Assembly (NCBI GenBank): GCA_046484865.1
Contig: JAWOID010000065.1
Coordinates: 1 to 46,169 of the forward strand
Direction of reading: 5' to 3'
Origin: Candidatus Krumholzibacteriia bacterium
GTDB lineage: Bacteria > Krumholzibacteriota > Krumholzibacteriia > LZORAL124-64-63
Length of the DNA stretch: 46,169 nucleotides
A model generated the notes under the pieces. That model searched no databases, was not told the DNA's origin, and saw only the letters and a list, made by a program, of their open reading frames with translations. Below, piece after piece: positions 42,384-46,169 of this stretch. A program made the position numbers and the translations under genes. Each line of letters begins with the position of its first letter. Within the stretch, counting starts at the first letter, position 1.

Positions 42384-43244
42384 ATGCGCAGCACCGAACT
42401 GCAGCGCCGCGCGCTGGTCGTGGCGCCGGTCGGGGGCCTGATCGGGGCCGCCGTCCTGGTCCTGACACTCGCTTTCCTGGCCGGTTGCGGCGGGGAGCCC
42501 GAGTACCGGGAGGTCGCCGAAGACGTCCTGGTCATGGACGTCCGCCGTGGCGCGGGACCGGAAGCGGCTGCCGGCGACATCGTCTCCGTGCACTACGAGG
42601 GCTGGCTCTACGACCCCGCCTCCGGGACGCCCGGAGAGCAGTTCGACAGTTCGCGGGATCGCGGCGAGCCGCTGACCTTCGTGCTCGGCAGCGGGCGCAT
42701 GATTCCGGGCTGGGAGGCGGGGCTGGAGGGACTCGCCGTGGGCGGACGTCGCCGGCTGATCATCCCGCCGCGGATGGGCTACGGGGCCCGTGGAGCGCCT
42801 CCGGCCATCCCGCCGGACGCCACCCTGCTCTTCGAGGTGGAACTGCTGGCGAAGCCGCAGGTGGAGAAGACCTTGGTGCAATCCGGCGTGGGGCGTCCCG
42901 CCCGCAAGGGCGACTCCGTGACCGTACACTACGTGGGCTGGGTGGATAGCAGCGGCACGCTGGACGCGCCCTTCGACGACTCCCGCGAGCGACAGGCTCC
43001 TTTCACCTTCACGCTCGGAGACGAGCAGGTCATCCCCGGCTGGGAGCAGGGGCTGGTGGGCATGCGGCCGGGTGAGCGCACCCGGTTGCGCATCCCGCCC
43101 GAACTCGGCTACGGCACCCGGGGCTGGAGGAGCGCCGGCCGGGAGGTCATCCCGCCCGATGCCACGCTCGTGTTCGAGGTGGAGTTGCTGGAGATCCGCC
43201 CGTCCGGCGCGGACTCCGGGGTCGTGGCGCAGCCGGCACCCTGA
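42384..43244 (+). CDS. Double-domain FKBP-type peptidyl-prolyl isomerase, probable lipoprotein
   Basis: FLAGC lipobox; two copies of VHYxGW..FD.SR...IPGWE.GL...IPP..GYG...IPPDATLxFEVELL. Confidence 0.93.
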   Translation: MRSTELQRRALVVAPVGGLIGAAVLVLTLAFLAGCGGEPEYREVAEDVLVMDVRRGAGPEAAAGDIVSVHYEGWLYDPASGTPGEQFDSSRDRGEPLTFVLGSGRMIPGWEAGLEGLAVGGRRRLIIPPRMGYGARGAPPAIPPDATLLFEVELLAKPQVEKTLVQSGVGRPARKGDSVTVHYVGWVDSSGTLDAPFDDSRERQAPFTFTLGDEQVIPGWEQGLVGMRPGERTRLRIPPELGYGTRGWRSAGREVIPPDATLVFEVELLEIRPSGADSGVVAQPAP

Positions 43245-43438
43245 ACGGCCTCCCTCTGCACGCAGAGGGCGTTCCTGCTGCGAGAGCGCGGCTCCGGTGG
43301 ACCGACGCGCGCAGCCCTGTGCGCACGCCAGGGCGTTCCCTCAGTCAGGGACGGCATTCCTCCCGCCGCAACGACATTTCCCTCACCCAACACGCATCGC
43401 CCCTCCCGGCTCACGCTGTCAAATAAATATCGTTGTGC

Positions 43439-43467
43439 TTGCCTCAGCGCCGCGGGCCGCGTACCTT
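43439..43467 (+). promoter_or_regulatory. Candidate sigma70 promoter for hppA
   Basis: TTGCCT-N17-TACCTT, preceded by an AT-rich tract. Confidence 0.45.
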
Positions 43468-43594
43468 GGAGCCGCTTTGCCGCTAACCCCCGGCAAGACT
43501 TGCAATTGGGAGTTTCGCCGACCTGTATGCCGCCGGGGGGCAGGTCGGGCCGATCACCGATGGTCGCGTCCCCTGCACACCCCTGAGGAGGAGA

Positions 43595-45643
<2,049 letters not shown>

Positions 45644-45782
45644 ATCCGACCGCCGTGCCCGGCGCGCCCGGCGCGCCGGACGGCGGGCGATGCGGCCGGA
45701 TCGCCGGTGTGGGACCGATCCTGACCGGCCGTGGGCCACGAACGAGAGACAGATCCTGACCGGCAATCGAGAAGATCCAGAC

Positions 45783-45819
45783 GAGGGGCCCGTTCCCGTT
45801 CAGCGGGGGCGGGCCTTTC
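45783..45819. terminator. Hairpin downstream of hppA, possible terminator
   Basis: gaggggcccgttcccg-ttcag-cgggggcgggcctttc (several G-U pairs). Confidence 0.4.
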
Positions 45820-46169
45820 GCGTGCTGTGCACCGGGATCCCCGCGAAGATGGCGGGTGGGTCCTGCGTGGCGCGCACTCCGGTGCTTGCGCGGTGTGCGC
45901 CCAAGAGCCCGCGCGGCGTGGGCGTGCGTGCACCCGGAGCGCTCGGCGCTGCGTGTCGCATCCCCGGAGCCCTTGCGCGGCGCACGCCGGGGCGCCGCGC
46001 GGCGCACCCCGGGGCCCGGTGGCGCGGCCGGCGTGGCCCACACCGGAGCCCGGTGGCGCGGCGTGGACCTGGGGCCTTGCGCGGTGCGCGCATGGGGTCC
46101 GGTGGCGTGGCGTCGACCCGGGTACCGGGTCCCCGGGATCTCTTCGGTGGCGGACGCTCCGCAACCGAG

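Noticed and set aside
45644..46169. GC-rich tail as a CDS, ncRNA or repeat array
   Set aside because: The ORFs are Arg/Pro/Ala-rich shadows; no regular repeat-spacer pattern or recognisable RNA

Overview
Very GC-rich (roughly 70%) bacterial DNA, probably from a diderm: it encodes a GT9 heptosyltransferase-like protein, a Wzz-like protein, a Tat-exported Fe-S protein and a multiheme cytochrome. Most of the window is housekeeping or metabolic: HDOD protein, two FKBP PPIases, POT, NCS2 and MFS transporters, WrbA, glycosyltransferases, NamZ plus a MurU-AmgK fusion, malQ, a GR-like flavoprotein, hemolysin III, thyX, a complete mrpABCDEFG operon, hutU, saccharopine dehydrogenase, a HybA/NrfD/13-heme cytochrome module, a split class I fumarase and a K+-dependent membrane pyrophosphatase. 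An IS1/IS1595-like transposase missing from the ORF track runs off the left edge. Highlights: (1) a small probable selenoprotein (12769-13086, C-terminal WDG-UGA-GCKIDY followed by a SECIS-like hairpin), coupled to a glycosyltransferase and upstream of peptidoglycan-recycling genes; (2) an intact ACE/M2-family protein that has lost several catalytic residues; (3) an AT-rich 11-mer shared by three intergenic regions upstream of energy genes; (4) a structured hppA leader that could be a cation riboswitch. All family calls come from motif recognition by eye; no database searches were run.
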